Shown here: in pieces, positions 49,117-62,699 of the stretch | Layout of the letters: every line of letters begins with the position of its first letter | Numbering within the stretch: the first letter of the stretch is position 1 | From: Kondoa subrosea | Lineage: Eukaryota | DNA: 64,000 nucleotides | Reading direction: 5' to 3' | NCBI GenBank assembly: GCA_039545335.1 | Contig: BCIN01000001.1 | Location: forward strand, 1,857,129-1,921,128 | Position numbers and translations under genes: made by a program | Notes under the pieces: generated by a model | Seen by the model: only the letters and a program-made list of their open reading frames with translations | Told to the model about the DNA's origin: nothing | The model's database searches: none

Positions 49117-51899
49117 ATGTCCACCAGGATGAGCCGTTCTTTTTCGAACAATTCGAACAGCTCTTCCAGCTCTGGTGAAATGCTTGCCAATGAGCTCCTG
49201 GCACCCACTGGCTCGTCTAAAGATATCGATACTCTGCGCAAGTTGGCCAAAACAGCGCGGAACAAGCGCAAACATTCTGCTGTGGATACACCTATAGCCG
49301 AAGAAGTTCCAGCAAAGAAGCCTTCGCTCGAAGAAGGTGAACTGGAAGACGGTGAGATAGGCGACGACGACGACGTGCCATCGCAGCCAGTCGCAAGCAC
49401 CTCGACCAATATTCCGACAACTCGAAATTCCACTTCGGCTTCACCCTACCCTCTACCTTCTAGACCAAGCATATCTATTCCTCCTCCAATACTCAGCCAA
49501 TCGTCAAAGGGAGGGCCATATATGAATCCCGCTTCATCAACTTTCATACGTATGCCCTTCCTTCCTTGCGTTCTCTGATCTGGCTCAACTTGTTCATCAC
49601 AGCTCGGTTGCGCGAGAAAGATAAGGAAGACTGCAAATTCCTCATCTCCGAATTGTCGTCTTGGGGTGTCAGCGCAGAATATTTAGTCGCATATGGAATT
49701 AGCAAAGACCTTCTGGCCATTTGTCTTGCGGAACTCGACCTCACCATCCCTCCTCACCTGGTGCATCTTGTACCAGCAAATGCTCATGCGACGAACGGCA
49801 GCTCATCCCGCCGCTACAAGTCTTCAGCGCGATCTACTCTTCCGCCTGCAACTGTCCGAGAAATCGCGCCTCGCGCCTCTTCCGATACCTCATCAGCTGT
49901 TCTACCTCCGCCTCCAGACCAGTCCGCAGAAGATCTGGCCAATATAGAGGCCAAGAGACGGGCTCTGCTCATAGCACGCAAACAAGCTATCCAGCAGAAG
50001 AAGGCCGACACAGCTAAGAGTCTTCATTCGGAGATCGACAATCTCTTTGCACTGTCTCAAGCAGAACTTGCATCAGATCAAGATTCGGGTTCATCGGCAT
50101 CGATCAATGAAGAAGTCGACATGATTCTTGATTCCCCCGGCATTGCATCTGCCTCAAGTGAGCAAATTCCTCCCCTCTTTACACCAGCGGCAATGCCCAG
50201 CGTCCCTCAAACTGGTCGACGGCCAAAAGCAAGCGATTTTGAAGCCGAACCAACCCATGCCCTTCCTCAACATCCTCGCCGCAATGGTGTCTTTGTACCT
50301 CCTCAGATGCGTAATCACAACTCTCTCATCATTGAAGTCTCGGATGTAGAAGATAACGACAAAGATGATGAAGAAGAAAGCGATTCCAATGACGGTCGGC
50401 GGAATGACGGTTCTGATCAGCAAGCTTCTCACGCTATGTCCAATGTGCGACCACCATACAATCGTACCTCTTCTGCTCCTGCAGCTCAAGCACCTAATTC
50501 CAAAGCCAAGGCACTATCTATCAAGGAACAAGAGATTAAGAAGATGATGGATATGATCAAGCGCATGGAAGAGAAGAAGAGAGCGAAGACTAGCGATAGT
50601 CGACAAATGACGCCTGTAGCGACTCCTAATACTGCTGTCACGCCTCTACCTTCTCCACCGATTTTGTCAGTACCGCTAAAGGAAGAATCACCAGCTCCTC
50701 AATCTCTAGAAGAACGCACTCCAACGAGTGATTCGATTGGGAAAGAGCAGCTTGAAGAAGCGAAAGCTCAAGTCGACCAATCAGTCACTAAGGCAGCCGA
50801 ATTGGTACCTCAACCAGATGCGTTGGATTCAGTAAAGTCAGAATCTGCTTCGTCACCTGCATCAATTCCAGCACCGAAAGTTGAAGAATTAGAAGACTAT
50901 GTGGAAGATGTTGAAATGGAAGATGCGCAAAGTCTGAACGTGGACAAGTCTCCTGCGGCATCCGACACACCTCAAGATCCTCAAGTGGAAACTAACGCAA
51001 CGCCCCATTCAGCTATCGGTACATGATGCCCTGCTCGGAAATTTGTATCGAGCTCACCATTGTCGTCCTTAGAATCAGCCGCATCAGAAGCTCTGCTGTC
51101 AATGTCTCAACCGGTTTCAGAAGCCGTCGAGTCCGCTCCTGATGAGGTGAAAGAGATCCCTGCGACTGCTTCAGCATCGTCGGACAGTAACAAGATTCAG
51201 GTACAGTCAAGTTGCTCTTATTCATCTACAGTCTCAGCAATCCTTGCGCACAGGTGAATGGATCTAGCGCTACTCTAAAAGCGGCTATAGTGCCTGTAAG
51301 ATAACTTTGCTTGATGCGGAAGACGCGAGCCGGTCCTTGGGCGTACTGACTCGCAATTTCGCGCTTCTCAAGACTCGATTTGTCTCCTATCGATCGCCTC
51401 TCGGTTTATGGGCTCGTCAACCACAAATATCAGCATCCACGACTTCAACTGGTTCTTCTACTCTAGTACGACCTACGCCAGCCGGCTTACAAAGCTGGAT
51501 GTCACGTAAAACAGGCAGAGATGTCAACGCGCAACTGTGTCGCTTCGAAATTGACGGCACTTGCAATGACAAGGACTGTCCGTCTATGCGTGAGTATTTC
51601 TTCTTCTGCTAGGAGAAAGCTGACTGCTGCGGAACTCGCCTGCAGATGCTCGGGACTTTCAAGCATCTGGTGGGTCGCGGGCTCCGCTCGGTCAGTGTTT
51701 GTGTTTCTCGTACTAAATATAAAACCCCGCAGAGGAAGAACTGATGGACTACTTTATTTCAATATACAATATAACCGGCTCAGCCAAAACCGATCTATTC
51801 AGGCAAGGTTTCTCACTGATTTTTAAGCGCTATAAGCAGCCACTCGAAGACCTTCCGAGTTTGCTCGAAACTGTTCATGATTTCATTTCGCAGCCTTAG
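49117..51899 (+). CDS. Red1/ZFC3H1-like zinc-finger protein (MTREC/PAXT scaffold-like)
   Basis: ELEDGEI N-terminal motif; LIIEVSD.E acidic motif; KEQEIKKMMDMI coiled coil; FVSYRSPL; LCRFEIDGTCNDKDCPSM|H C3H finger. Confidence 0.75.
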
Positions 51900-52277
51900 C
51901 GAGATTTTGCGATGATCAAGAAGCGTCGAGAGGAGAGAGGAGAGGGAATCCGGCTTGGACTGTTTCGGTCTTTTCAAGCTATCTCTGTCAAGTCTTCATC
52001 AACGACTTTGCTTTGAATCTCCATTCTATCAACAGCATGATTGATCTACATATGCCGACCATAGCAAGCGGTGTTGGAACTAAAAGAGTGCTTTGCACCA
52101 ATACAAAATGCTGGAAGCCAGGACAGGATGTGGCTGCTTCATTTCCAAGCGAGCGATTATGCAATTTGAACTTGATTTATTTCTCTGTACAACCTTTTGA
52201 CCCAAACTAAACTGTGTGCTATTACAACAACAAAGGAAATACGAACAAACAACAAGTCTAAGCGCGATTAATACTTC

Positions 52278-55200
52278 CTATTCCTCACCTTCTTCGTCTT
52301 CGTCCTCTTGGGCTGTCGGCTGAGATTCTTCTTCTCGTTTGACCAGAAGATTGAATAGTGATGCGACGGAAGATGGTTTCTCGTTATCTTCAAGATCCAT
52401 AGGTACTGTCTCTGAACCGGGTTGTAGGCGGAGACCTTGCTCATTGGCCAGATGTAAAAGACAGATGAAACAGAAACTGGTCGAAATTTCTTCCAGCTTC
52501 TCTTTTGGATATGTTTTTCGTAATCCAGAGATCACGTTGGTGAAAGTCTTGGGCTGGTGCTCCGTTTCTTCGGTCAGAGAAGACTGTACCTGAATGTTAA
52601 AAGAGTTCCAGAGTTACACGAAGCACTCACAAGATCGAGCTCTTTCCATATATTATCCTTGAGTCGCTTCACATCGACACGCTTCGCCTTTTTGGCATAT
52701 TGAACGTAGTCCGGTCTGGCTCGTTTCGCAGATTGACCTTGGGTAGCCGCAAGAACTTCATCTTCCGTTTGACCTGGTTGAGCTGGCTCGCCCAGTCCAG
52801 GTCCTCCGATATCCATGTCAATCTCGTCTTCTTGGAAATCTGGCATGTCTCCTTCATCATCTTGGAAGAACTGAGTATCGAACGGAATTGCAGGACCGTC
52901 ATCGTCGTCAACTCCGTCGTCGTTTCGATGTTGCGCAGCTGCTGCTTCAGCCCAGTATCGCTCGTCAACCTCTTCATCGAGACCTATGCGGTCGCATAAG
53001 ACAGTGTTTCGCTCAAAGTATTAATGCCTACCGTGCTGATTCTTATTGTTACTGAAGACTCTCGGTCCACGACTTCGCATGTTGATCTGTGAAAGAATCG
53101 AATAACATCAGTCTAGGTACCAGCACAACGCGATCAGAGTATTCACCATAGCTTTCGGTTTCATGAACAGCCTGAGCAGAACCGCACTCGAGAAATGCAT
53201 ATCATCTGGTAAAGTATAGTTGTTCTTGCGATCTTCAGCTGTCCGTTTGATCAGAGTGCTAGTCGTACTAGTCGCAAAGAGTTCTTTGGTTGTAGTCGTG
53301 CGTTCTGATTCGAAATCAATACTAAAAGGTTGCTTTTCTTTCCGTTTCGCTTTGGGGGCAGCAGTATCATCTGTTAGTCAAATACAAGGATCCCATCAAA
53401 TCTTTGAACATCGCCTTGTAACATGACTGACCTTTCTTAGCCGCAGGTCTTCGCATTTTCCAATGTTCCGGTCCAGCCCAATTCTTGGTGAAGGCGCTAT
53501 CAAAGTAATCAAACACCCCACCACCATCTTGACCACCTTCAGTATTCATAACCATGACCAATTCTCTTTCATTTGGACCTCGACTCGGGTTATAAGGTTC
53601 TACAACACCTCTTGCAGGTCCAAATTCTCCTGCTTGAGCTTGTTCATCGCCACTGCCATCACCTCCGCCTTCATCGAAGAAATCAGCACCTCCATCGAAG
53701 TCCATCGGTCCTCCGTTATCGCCATCGTCGAAGAAATCTTGGCCTCCTCCAGCAGGAGGAGCATCTTCCATGTTGACATCTTCTTGACCATCATTGGATT
53801 CTTCAGTATGGTTAAAGAAGGATAAATCCAAAGCAGCGTTAGTAGTCGCAGAAAACTTGAAATCAGCCATGGAAGGACAAATCGCTTTGTTGTCCAAAAG
53901 GGACAAATCCGGTAAGAACTCTTTAAGTAACCTCGACACATCAATCTTTTTCAATCCTTCTTCTTCATTCGAATCATCTTCTTCCTCTTCTTCTTCATCA
54001 TCGTCTTCTATACCTTTCGACAACCTTGTATCCGAGGCATCGAAGACGACTCTCATATTTCGATCGCATCCTAAGTGATTCATGAGGATACCAGAAGCAC
54101 CACCTTCGTCGAAATCAGCTGAAGTCTTCTTAAAGAGTGGATCAACTTTGTATTCCATATCTGGGTTTTTGGCTTTGATCTTATCGAAATGATCTACTAA
54201 AGTCTTGGTCTGAGTAGGTCCCTGCATTTTTATATTACAGTCAGAAGATGTCAGGAAAGAGGAGAGAAGAAGGGAAACTAACGCGTTTCTTTTTTGCTGG
54301 ACCTCCGGCACCTTCATCTCCAGATTGATCGGATCCTTGATCTTCATCTTGATCATTCGAATCTACCGCGTATACGTCAGTTAGTTGCAGACATATATGT
54401 ACTCGCGATGCTGACTTGAGTCCTCAGCTAAACCAGACAATAATTTGCCCGTCTCCGTAGCAACACTATCAACTCTTGAAGTCCAAATCTTGACGCAGCC
54501 ATCTAAAGTGCAAGAGGCTTTCTGAAAATTGATAGAATTGTCTGTATCCCCATTCCGTAAGAGCGACATATCGTGAAAATAATCAATGAGAGCGAAAGTC
54601 CAAGTATTTGTAGCATTGATTTTCTATTCCCAATAGTCAGCACAGGGTAGGCAACAGAAGGGAAGCCGTAAAAACATACATTATCGGTTGCCATCTTCAT
54701 CCAATCTTCGTAATTTGCATTCATGACTTCTTTACTTACTGGAGCTGCGGGACTGTTTGGAGCTTGATCACCTAATAAACCACCCATTCCACCATTAATG
54801 CCACCCAATGAACTCCTTCCACCATTTGTACGATGTAAGCCAGCTATTCTAGATCCACCGCTCGTCACTCTAGGGGTCAAAGGTGGATTACCAGCAGCAG
54901 GGGCAGAAGTATTATCTTCATTCGATTGCTCTTGTCTCAATTTGGACAAGTTATTGAAAGATTGTCTCCGTAACAAATCTTGTTCAGTAGGTCTAGAAGA
55001 CAATCTTCGTTTGGCAGCAGTACCATTAGGTGATGCTTGAGGTGAAATGAAAGCTGCTTTCTTTTTCTTGTTAGGAGGAGTAGGTTGACTGGATGAATTG
55101 TCTAACTCTGAACCTGAAGCAGATATATCGAAATCACGTCTCAGGGGAGCGCGTCGCTTAGTATTATTGAGACCTTTCTTGACTGTAGTAGAGGCACCTG

Positions 55201-55315
55201 AATTCAATTCCTGCGTTGCTTGGGTGGCTTCTTCTTCGGATGCTGAGGACTCTGCAGAAGAGGAAGATGAGTTGGATATACGAGCAGCCTTCTTCGCTTT
55301 AGCTTTGGGACCCAT
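52278..55315 (-). CDS. BRN1: Condensin kleisin subunit Brn1/Cnd2/CAP-H
   Basis: YEDWMKMATDN|KINATNTWTFALIDYF, NFQKASCTLDGCVKIWTSRVDS, DPLFKKTSADFDEGGA, NWAGPEHWK, VDVKRLK, FICLLHLANE. Confidence 0.96.
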
Positions 55316-55521
55316 CTTGGCCGTTCGAGGTCGAGCACTTTGTTTTTATTTTCGCTCTTCTTTCTTCTTCTTCTACTTCGTGCCGCCGCTTGATCTGCCT
55401 ATTTGACGGTTCTCTCTCTCTTTCGGCTGTCATCTACAGCTTGTAGGGCTGAAGCACTCTGCTCTGATCGCTCTTTCACCCGTGCTTTGGTGATTGTTTA
55501 CTTTTCGATCTCCAAGGCATC

Positions 55522-58500
55522 ATGTCTTCCTGGATGCCTTTAGGAGCAGGACCTACAGCTGAATCTGATACTTCTTTGGAAATCTCTCGTTTGAATCGAA
55601 TTATAAGAGAACAGAATATCTTACAAGACACAACTTCTGCAGAACAAATCAAACTGAACGATTCTTTACATCAAGTGAAACTGTTACTCAAAGAAGCTCA
55701 AGGTAGAGCTAGTAGTGAGTTGGATGCTAGAAATGCTATGGAAAGGGAGCTGGAAAGCAAATCGAAAGCGGAGAAGAGCTGGACTGCTATGAAGGTCAAT
55801 TATGAGAACACTATATTGGCTCAAGAGGATAAGATGCGTGCTTTGGAAAGGCAGGCAAAACAGGCAGAGAAAGGTACAGTCCATCTTCCACTCTTGCAGT
55901 GTATTAAGGTTACTCACGTACTAGGTAGAACTGAATGGCTATTCTGAAAGTCGAGCCGGAGAAGAAGACAAGCTTCGATCTGACAAGGATGCTCTGCAAA
56001 AGAAAGTATCTCTTTTGCAATCTTCCCTCAATCAAGCCCAACATGAAATCAATCTTTACAAAGACGTTCAATCCAAGGTAACCTTTTTATCCTTCTTCAT
56101 TTGACCAGGCCTGATGATACAATGCTAGCCAAAAGCTGATAAGAGAAGACGTTCTTCTTCTTTTTCAGCAGTATCAACTATTCCCTCTTCTTCCTCTGAA
56201 GCCACTAATTCTGATCTGGAAAAAGAAACCGAGAAGCTCCGGCTGAAATTAGCAAACATGGAAAAAGAACTCATTGTGGCTCAGAACACAGTCTTTGCAG
56301 CTCAAAAGAAAGCAGAACGAGAGTCTTTAGAATGTGCTAGGCGGATAGAGCAGATGGAAGAAAGTGTTGAAGAGATCAAATGGCTTAGAAAAGAAGATGA
56401 GCGGGAATTGGAGGAGCTGAGAAAGGGGAAAGATGGATTACTGGTATTGGAAAAAGAAAAGGTCAGATTAGAAGAAGAGAAATTGGATTTGCTCAAGAAA
56501 GTCGATTTGATCGAACCTCTACAAAAGAAGACAGCTGAGCAAGAGTCAACTATTGAAGAACTCACTTCTTCTTTGGCTGAAGTGGAATCGCAACTGTCTT
56601 CTTCAGCTATCACTTCCTCTCGCTTGACCGAAGCGGAAGATCGTTGTCTGGAACTTCAAGCAGCAAGAGATGCTTTACAAGGCTCTGTGCAAGAGCTCGA
56701 AAAACGGTTGGAAGAAGCGGAACGTGCTTCCGAAGCATCTACCACAGCTCAGCGATCGCAATGTGAAGATCTCCAGACCAAACTCGACGCTTCTTCGGCT
56801 CAAGCAGAGGAGCTCTCGCTCGAGACTCAGCGCTTGACACTTGTTCTGTCAGAGGTGGAAGCTTCCCTCGCGTCTGCTCAATCGGAGTCTCAAGAATATC
56901 AAGCCAAAGTCTCTTCCCTTCAAACGGAAAACGAAGAACTTCTAGCAGATGTTCAATCTAGAACCACCGAGACGGAAGAAGCTACATCCAATATAACCGC
57001 CCTCCAAGCAAGATGTGTAGAACTTCAATCTCGCCTCCAATCTTCGGAATCGCAAAATGAAGATTTGATCTTAGCCTTACAACGCAAAACCGCCGCATTG
57101 ATCGAAACTGAAGCCGAACAAGCTTCCTTCTTGTCATTATTGCAAACCAAATTGGACGCAGCGGAAGAAGAAATGCAAAACCTGGAGATGAAGTTTACTA
57201 TTTCTCAAGAAGCTGCTGACTCTTTTAAAGCGGAACGAGATGCTTTACTTGGCGCTTTGGCGGCTCATGAGAAGCAGAAGCTAGATACAGAAGGCCTTGA
57301 GAAGAAGCTTGTTGAGAGTAGGCAAGATGTTCAGAATGCTGAGCAACGTTGTGCGGTAGTGGAAGAGGAATTCTCAGTAAGTCTCTCGTTATCCTTTCCT
57401 TCTCATATGTCAACTTATCCATTTGTAGATGGTGGCAATAGAAAGAGACGAACTTCAGAACCGGATTGAAGACCTCAAGCGAGAGATCGAAAACATGCAG
57501 GCTACCTCTGACCCAACTCCGACGCCATCAGAGCATTTCGATAATCGCCAAGCTGCTCTTCTTGTTGCGCGTCTACGATCAGAACGCAACAACCTCAATA
57601 CTCAGCTTCGATACGTACAAGCTGAATATGCAGTTGCCTCACAAGCGCAAGAAGAAGAGTTGTCTCGCTTGCAATCTGCCTTCTCTCAGGAAAGAACTCA
57701 ACTTGAGATTGCTGTGGAATCGAGCAGGAAAGATTTAGCGGAAGCGATGGAACAACTTGCTCAACTACAAGAAAGATCTCATACTCCTGAAGATTCGCCT
57801 GAAGAGGAAGAACCTCGAACACCTGCTACTTATACTGCTTCATTCCCTGGACCAAGCTGTTCTCCGCGTCGTTCATTCCTTTCCGAAAGGCCTCCTCACC
57901 CTGTCTCGACCTTTTCTAGCGAATCGATTCTACCTACTCCTGCTTTACATAGTGATACGCCAGATATAGAGAACCTCTTCTTCAGATCTGATTCTTTGTG
58001 TCTCGAGGGCGACTCAACGCGAATTGATATGGATTCTTCTGTCTTCTTCGGCTCTTTCAACACTCCTGAGAAAAGACAAGTGGAAGCGAAAGCTTTGCAG
58101 AAGAGAAAAGAGGAAGAGATTCAAGCTGCTAATGTACGCACAATTCAGCTTCTTGAGCAACAGAAGGCAGAACAAATTCAACTTTCGCATCATCTTCAAG
58201 TTCAGATCCACGAGTTGCAAGAATTGCTGGCTGAAGAGAAGCAGTTGCATGAAGATACCAACACAGCTTTGACGGAACTCGAGATGCATCTATGCACCTT
58301 GAAGCACAAGTTATCCGAAGCTAAAGATGAAGTCTCAACACGAACAGAAGAGCATAACGCAGCCTTGTTAGCCCGACAAAACTCTTTCAATCAGGATTTG
58401 TCTCGACAAGCTGATATTGTGCGCGAGAGAGAAGAGCAGATCCAGCGTATGCAGTCAAAGGCAAATAGTCAAGAGGAAGAACTGATTGATCTTCGACAAT

Positions 58501-59999
58501 CGGTTGATGATTTGCGGATTGAAGTGGCAGAGAAAGAAAGCCAGCTTCAGCAAACAGTCGAGGAACTACATCTCGTAGAATCCCGACACAGTCAAGATGC
58601 TGCTCGCTTGGGTCGACAAGAAGAGCAGCTCGAAGATCAACAGAGGGCGAAAGAAATCGCTGAAGAGAGGTCGCAGTCTCTAGAAGCTCGTCTAGCGGAA
58701 GTTCTTCAAGAGCTCGGTCAATTGCAACTCAGCTCGGAGAGTGACAGCTCGGAACTGCGAGACGAAATCCAGCATCTTCGCTCTCAGCATCAAATAGCTC
58801 TTGAGGATCTCTCTGCTGCGCATCAGCACACTGTTGCAAGTATTTCAAGCCGCGCTGAGGCCGAAGACAAGCTTAAAGCGGGACAACTGGAAGACCTGCG
58901 GAAGGACAATGCTCGTCTGGCCAAAGAGATCTCTACTCTGCGCAATTTGATCTCGCAGAAGGAGGAAACAGCAGTCAGATTGGAAACTACGCTGAATTTG
59001 ACCAGGACTGAAGCTGAAAGTAAGTCGGCTTCTGATGCATTTATCCTGGCTCAACTCTTTGTACAGCCCTTGTCGCCGACTTCAATTTGTGCAGCGCTGA
59101 ACTTGAGAGAAGAGAACGAGAAGATGAACAGAGGTATGAAGCTTAAGCTGACTTCAGGCACTGTACTGAACTGCGCTTGCAGAGAGGAACAGATGATCGA
59201 ACAAGAATCAGCTATCGACAAGCTCAAAGAAGAGCGAGATGCTTTGTCAGCTCAGTACCGTCAAGCCCAAGAAGATCTACAGCAACATTCCACAAAGTCA
59301 AATGATCTGCAAGCCAGTCTGGCGGAAATGGAAGAGCGACTGCAAAGTAAAGAGGAAGAGATTGAAGAGACAGAAGATAGATGTATGTCATACGATTCCA
59401 CTGCAGTATGTATCGGTTGCTGACTACGACGTGAAGATTTGAGTTCGCTAAAGGACATCAAGAGACTACAATCAGCCAACGAGCGCTTACAAGTCCGCTG
59501 CGAATCTTTGCAATCGACTGTAGCAACACTAGAAGAATTACGAAGCAAACAGCAAGCTCAGACTCTGGCCCTGCAAGATGCTGCTACTTCGCCTCAACCT
59601 GTTCGCAATCTTCCACGCAAGCCTCTTTCTGGCCGTTCTCCCGTTCCTCCTCAAGCTCAAGTACCTCCGCAGCCAGTGCAAGACGTCCAGGTGCCTTCAA
59701 GTACTAAAAAACGAGGCCGACCCGAAGACCTTACTCCTTCCGTTGAGAATCTTCCACCTCGAGCTATTGCTATTATTCCAAGTCCACAAGCAACAAGATC
59801 CGTGACAGCTACTCCTCGAGCTCATGCAGCACCTCCTACCAGTTTGCGATCTCTTGGGTTAAAGAAACGGCCGATTCGATCTCCCCTAGCTTCGACCGAC
59901 AGAAACGCACAGATTCCATCACAAGAGGATGGGAAGCTTGCCAAGCCAGCAAAGTCTGCGCAACTGCTGGCGTCACTTGCAGCGATCCGAGGGAATTGA
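55522..59999 (+). CDS. Large coiled-coil protein of unknown function
   Basis: Several long E/Q/L/K-rich heptad exons joined by short introns; SP/TP-rich central and C-terminal segments; KKRGRP NLS-like motif. Confidence 0.8.
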
Positions 60000-60075
60000 C
60001 TGGGACAGTAGCGGGTTTCCAAATTTTAATGTATATTATTCGTTCGGTTTTCAGTATAGCTAATCTTGGTCTCAT

Positions 60076-61374
60076 TAATCTGTGCAAATGGTGTAAGTGA
60101 ATGATGAATGAAGCATTGATTCGGAAAAAAGTACCATCATCGGGATCCTCTTCGTCCACATCGTCCTCTCTGTCCGGTTCATAGAAGATGCGACCAGTCC
60201 CTGATTGCTGTACTGTTCCTTCTGATTCCTTTGCATCGAATTTAGGTAAATATGGTAAGATAACGCTCTCTTTAGCCGTTCGTTGCTCATCAGTCAAAGA
60301 AAGGTTGAAAGGTAAAGTCGAGGTAGCGTCGACCGGTGTTTTTGCCTGTCACATTGATTAGTTCCTTGGTCCAGAAATGATGGCACCGGAACCCACAGAT
60401 GAAATAGATTCCCTTACGCCCCTAGATTCGAGTAAACCATTCAAGCTCAGCAAGGGTATCACTTCTATCTTGCTAGACTTGGTCATTTGCAACCCATTCA
60501 GGCCTCTGCTGATTTTGACCCCAGTCTTCACCGTACTGATATGCTCTTCCTTATCAACTCGCTTGAAAGTTCCACCCGTTTTCACTTTACTGCCTAGTAA
60601 TTGCATAGCCGCACTTTCTGGTAAACCCTGCACTTCCCAACAGAGGACACATTGACCTATCTGTGCATTCCCTAGTGCATCGAGCGAAACTTGCTGTTCT
60701 TGTTCATCTGTTGCGTCTCTGCGATAGCCAAAACCGCCCCAGCTTCTCTTGTGGAACCGATTTAGATATTCGTATACTTTCGGACTTGTAGAAGGAGTGT
60801 TGAAAGCGGAATAAAGGTGGTTTAGCAAAAGCGTCGGGTGCAATGTATAATGAACGATACTTGATGCGAAGGCTGGCTGACAGAACAGGGTAGCTAAGTC
60901 TTGACGTTTGTGTTGTATTGATATAGGTGCTAGATCGCTATGATGCAGAAGGACTAAGCGCATAGTAGCTATTCAAAATTTGAGCTTTGCAGGCAAGGTA
61001 ACAAGAAAAAAGAAAGGCTGACATTGATGCATGAGCTTTCTGAAGAGCTTGTAGAGATCTGAACTAGATAGCTGCAGCTCCAAGGCATTGAGGGAATCCA
61101 CATAAAGGACAGAAGGTTGTAGTGATTCTAACAAGGTGTACAGCTGCTCTAGAGGCAGCAGCTGAATGCATTGAATATTGGATGCTTTGAAATTGCTTCT
61201 GAGCGTGTCCAGGACCCTGATCGGACTGTCTTGACCAACAAGAGCCTTGTAATCATTTTGAGCGCAAAGCAAGCAGGATTTGTCGTCTGCCTTGTCCAAC
61301 AGCTGCTTGAAAAGCGCTAGCCCAGGTTGTGTGACTGCATCTGAGATGAAGGTGAGGCGAGGGATGTCAGACAT
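60076..61374 (-). CDS. ELP5: Elongator subunit Elp5/Iki1 (3' end approximate)
   Basis: LYVDSLN; LVLLHHSD; C-terminal TLPFNLSLTDEQR.AK.SVILPY and IFYEPDREDDVDEEDPDD signature. Confidence 0.85.
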
Positions 61375-61476
61375 GGTCAAGCGAGATTTCTAGATGCCAA
61401 CTTTTGCAACGCGGAATTGCTTATGTAATGCTATAATTGGTTTAGGTCACCTATCATCCGGCTTGATGAGAGTCCA

Positions 61477-62215
61477 CTATACTGTCCACTTATTCTCTCC
61501 CGCTAGACTCTTGAATTCTCCCCTCAAAGTTTGTACTGCTTCTTGGAATGCAAGCATATGACCATGCAGTGTACCCTTGCCTTCTGCGACCTCATCTTTT
61601 AGTTCTTCGGACTTGCTGGATACTTTGAAAAGAGCATCGCAAAGCTTGGTCAAGAAATGACTTGAGTCTTTGTGACCAGGGTGATACAAGATATTCTTCA
61701 TGACAGCCTCAGCGTAGTCATAAACGATCTGTGCAGAATGTGCTTCAGAAAGAGCAAGATTAGCTTTGAAGTTGTGTTCGACGTACTGTCAACAAAGTAC
61801 CAAAGCGCTCCAAAACTTGCGGTACGTTCAGAACAGGATGTGCATTGTTGTAGTTGAGTAAGAGCTGCATTCTGATGGCTATATCGCTTAAGAAGGCTTC
61901 TCCGCGTGTGATAATCAGTCCCATCTAGTATCCGAGCGTCGATTCAGCGAATCAACCGATAATGACAATTAACTGACGACTCTATTCACGTTGGCCTTTT
62001 GCTTCTGCTCAGGCGTTCCATATTGAAGGTCTATCATGGTCTTGAGTAGCTCTGAACTGTTCTTTGCAGCATCGTGATCGTTTTTCCAATGATTCTGATG
62101 GTATTGGCGGATTTGATCATCTTGCGCAGAAGGGTTCCAACGATGTGTAGAACCCTGAAAGTAGTGCACAACTGGGTCAGCTCGTCAAGTTCAAATGGAT
62201 ACTCGTGCTTACCAT
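61477..62215 (-). CDS. Small hypothetical (orphan) protein
   Basis: ATG|GTAAGC intron, then GSTHRWNPSAQDDQ...; further GT-AG introns; last exon ...LAGENKWTV*. Confidence 0.55.
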
Positions 62216-62699
62216 GTTCTGCCAGGTTGTTTGGTTGGTAGCAACCCGAACAGAATGTGGTTGTACCGCGGAGTGAAAGTCAGGGTGGGGTTTGATGATC
62301 TCTGAGTAAGGCATAGTCTTTGCTTCGCTACAGTGATGCAACAGAAGAAGCAGTATTGCGGAGAGATGAACGAACGAATGAGATAGACTATACAGTCAGG
62401 CAAGAGGCAAACAAGCTTTGAATTCGTTTTAGGGTCGAAGACACCTTCGCACGAACGTTTCTTTTGTTTTTTTGATGTATTTTAGGCAATAAGTAATCAG
62501 ATTAAGTTTGAAATTCGGAAGCGGAATGGAAGATTATAAATGATGAGTATACGAATTTGCGGTCGGTACAATAGTACAGAAGACGCAGAAGACTGTAATT
62601 ATGAGAGCGTCAGCGACGCAGGAAGATAGAGAGCGAACAAGAGCTGACTGACAGTTTATATGCAAAGTGATGATTCCGGACGTTGCACGCTACGTGAAA

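Noticed and set aside
62536..62660. ATGATGA ... CTGA pair resembling a box C/D snoRNA
   Set aside because: No recognisable rRNA-complementary guide before the D box, no clear C'/D' pair and only a weak terminal stem; it lies antisense to the SDR 3' region.
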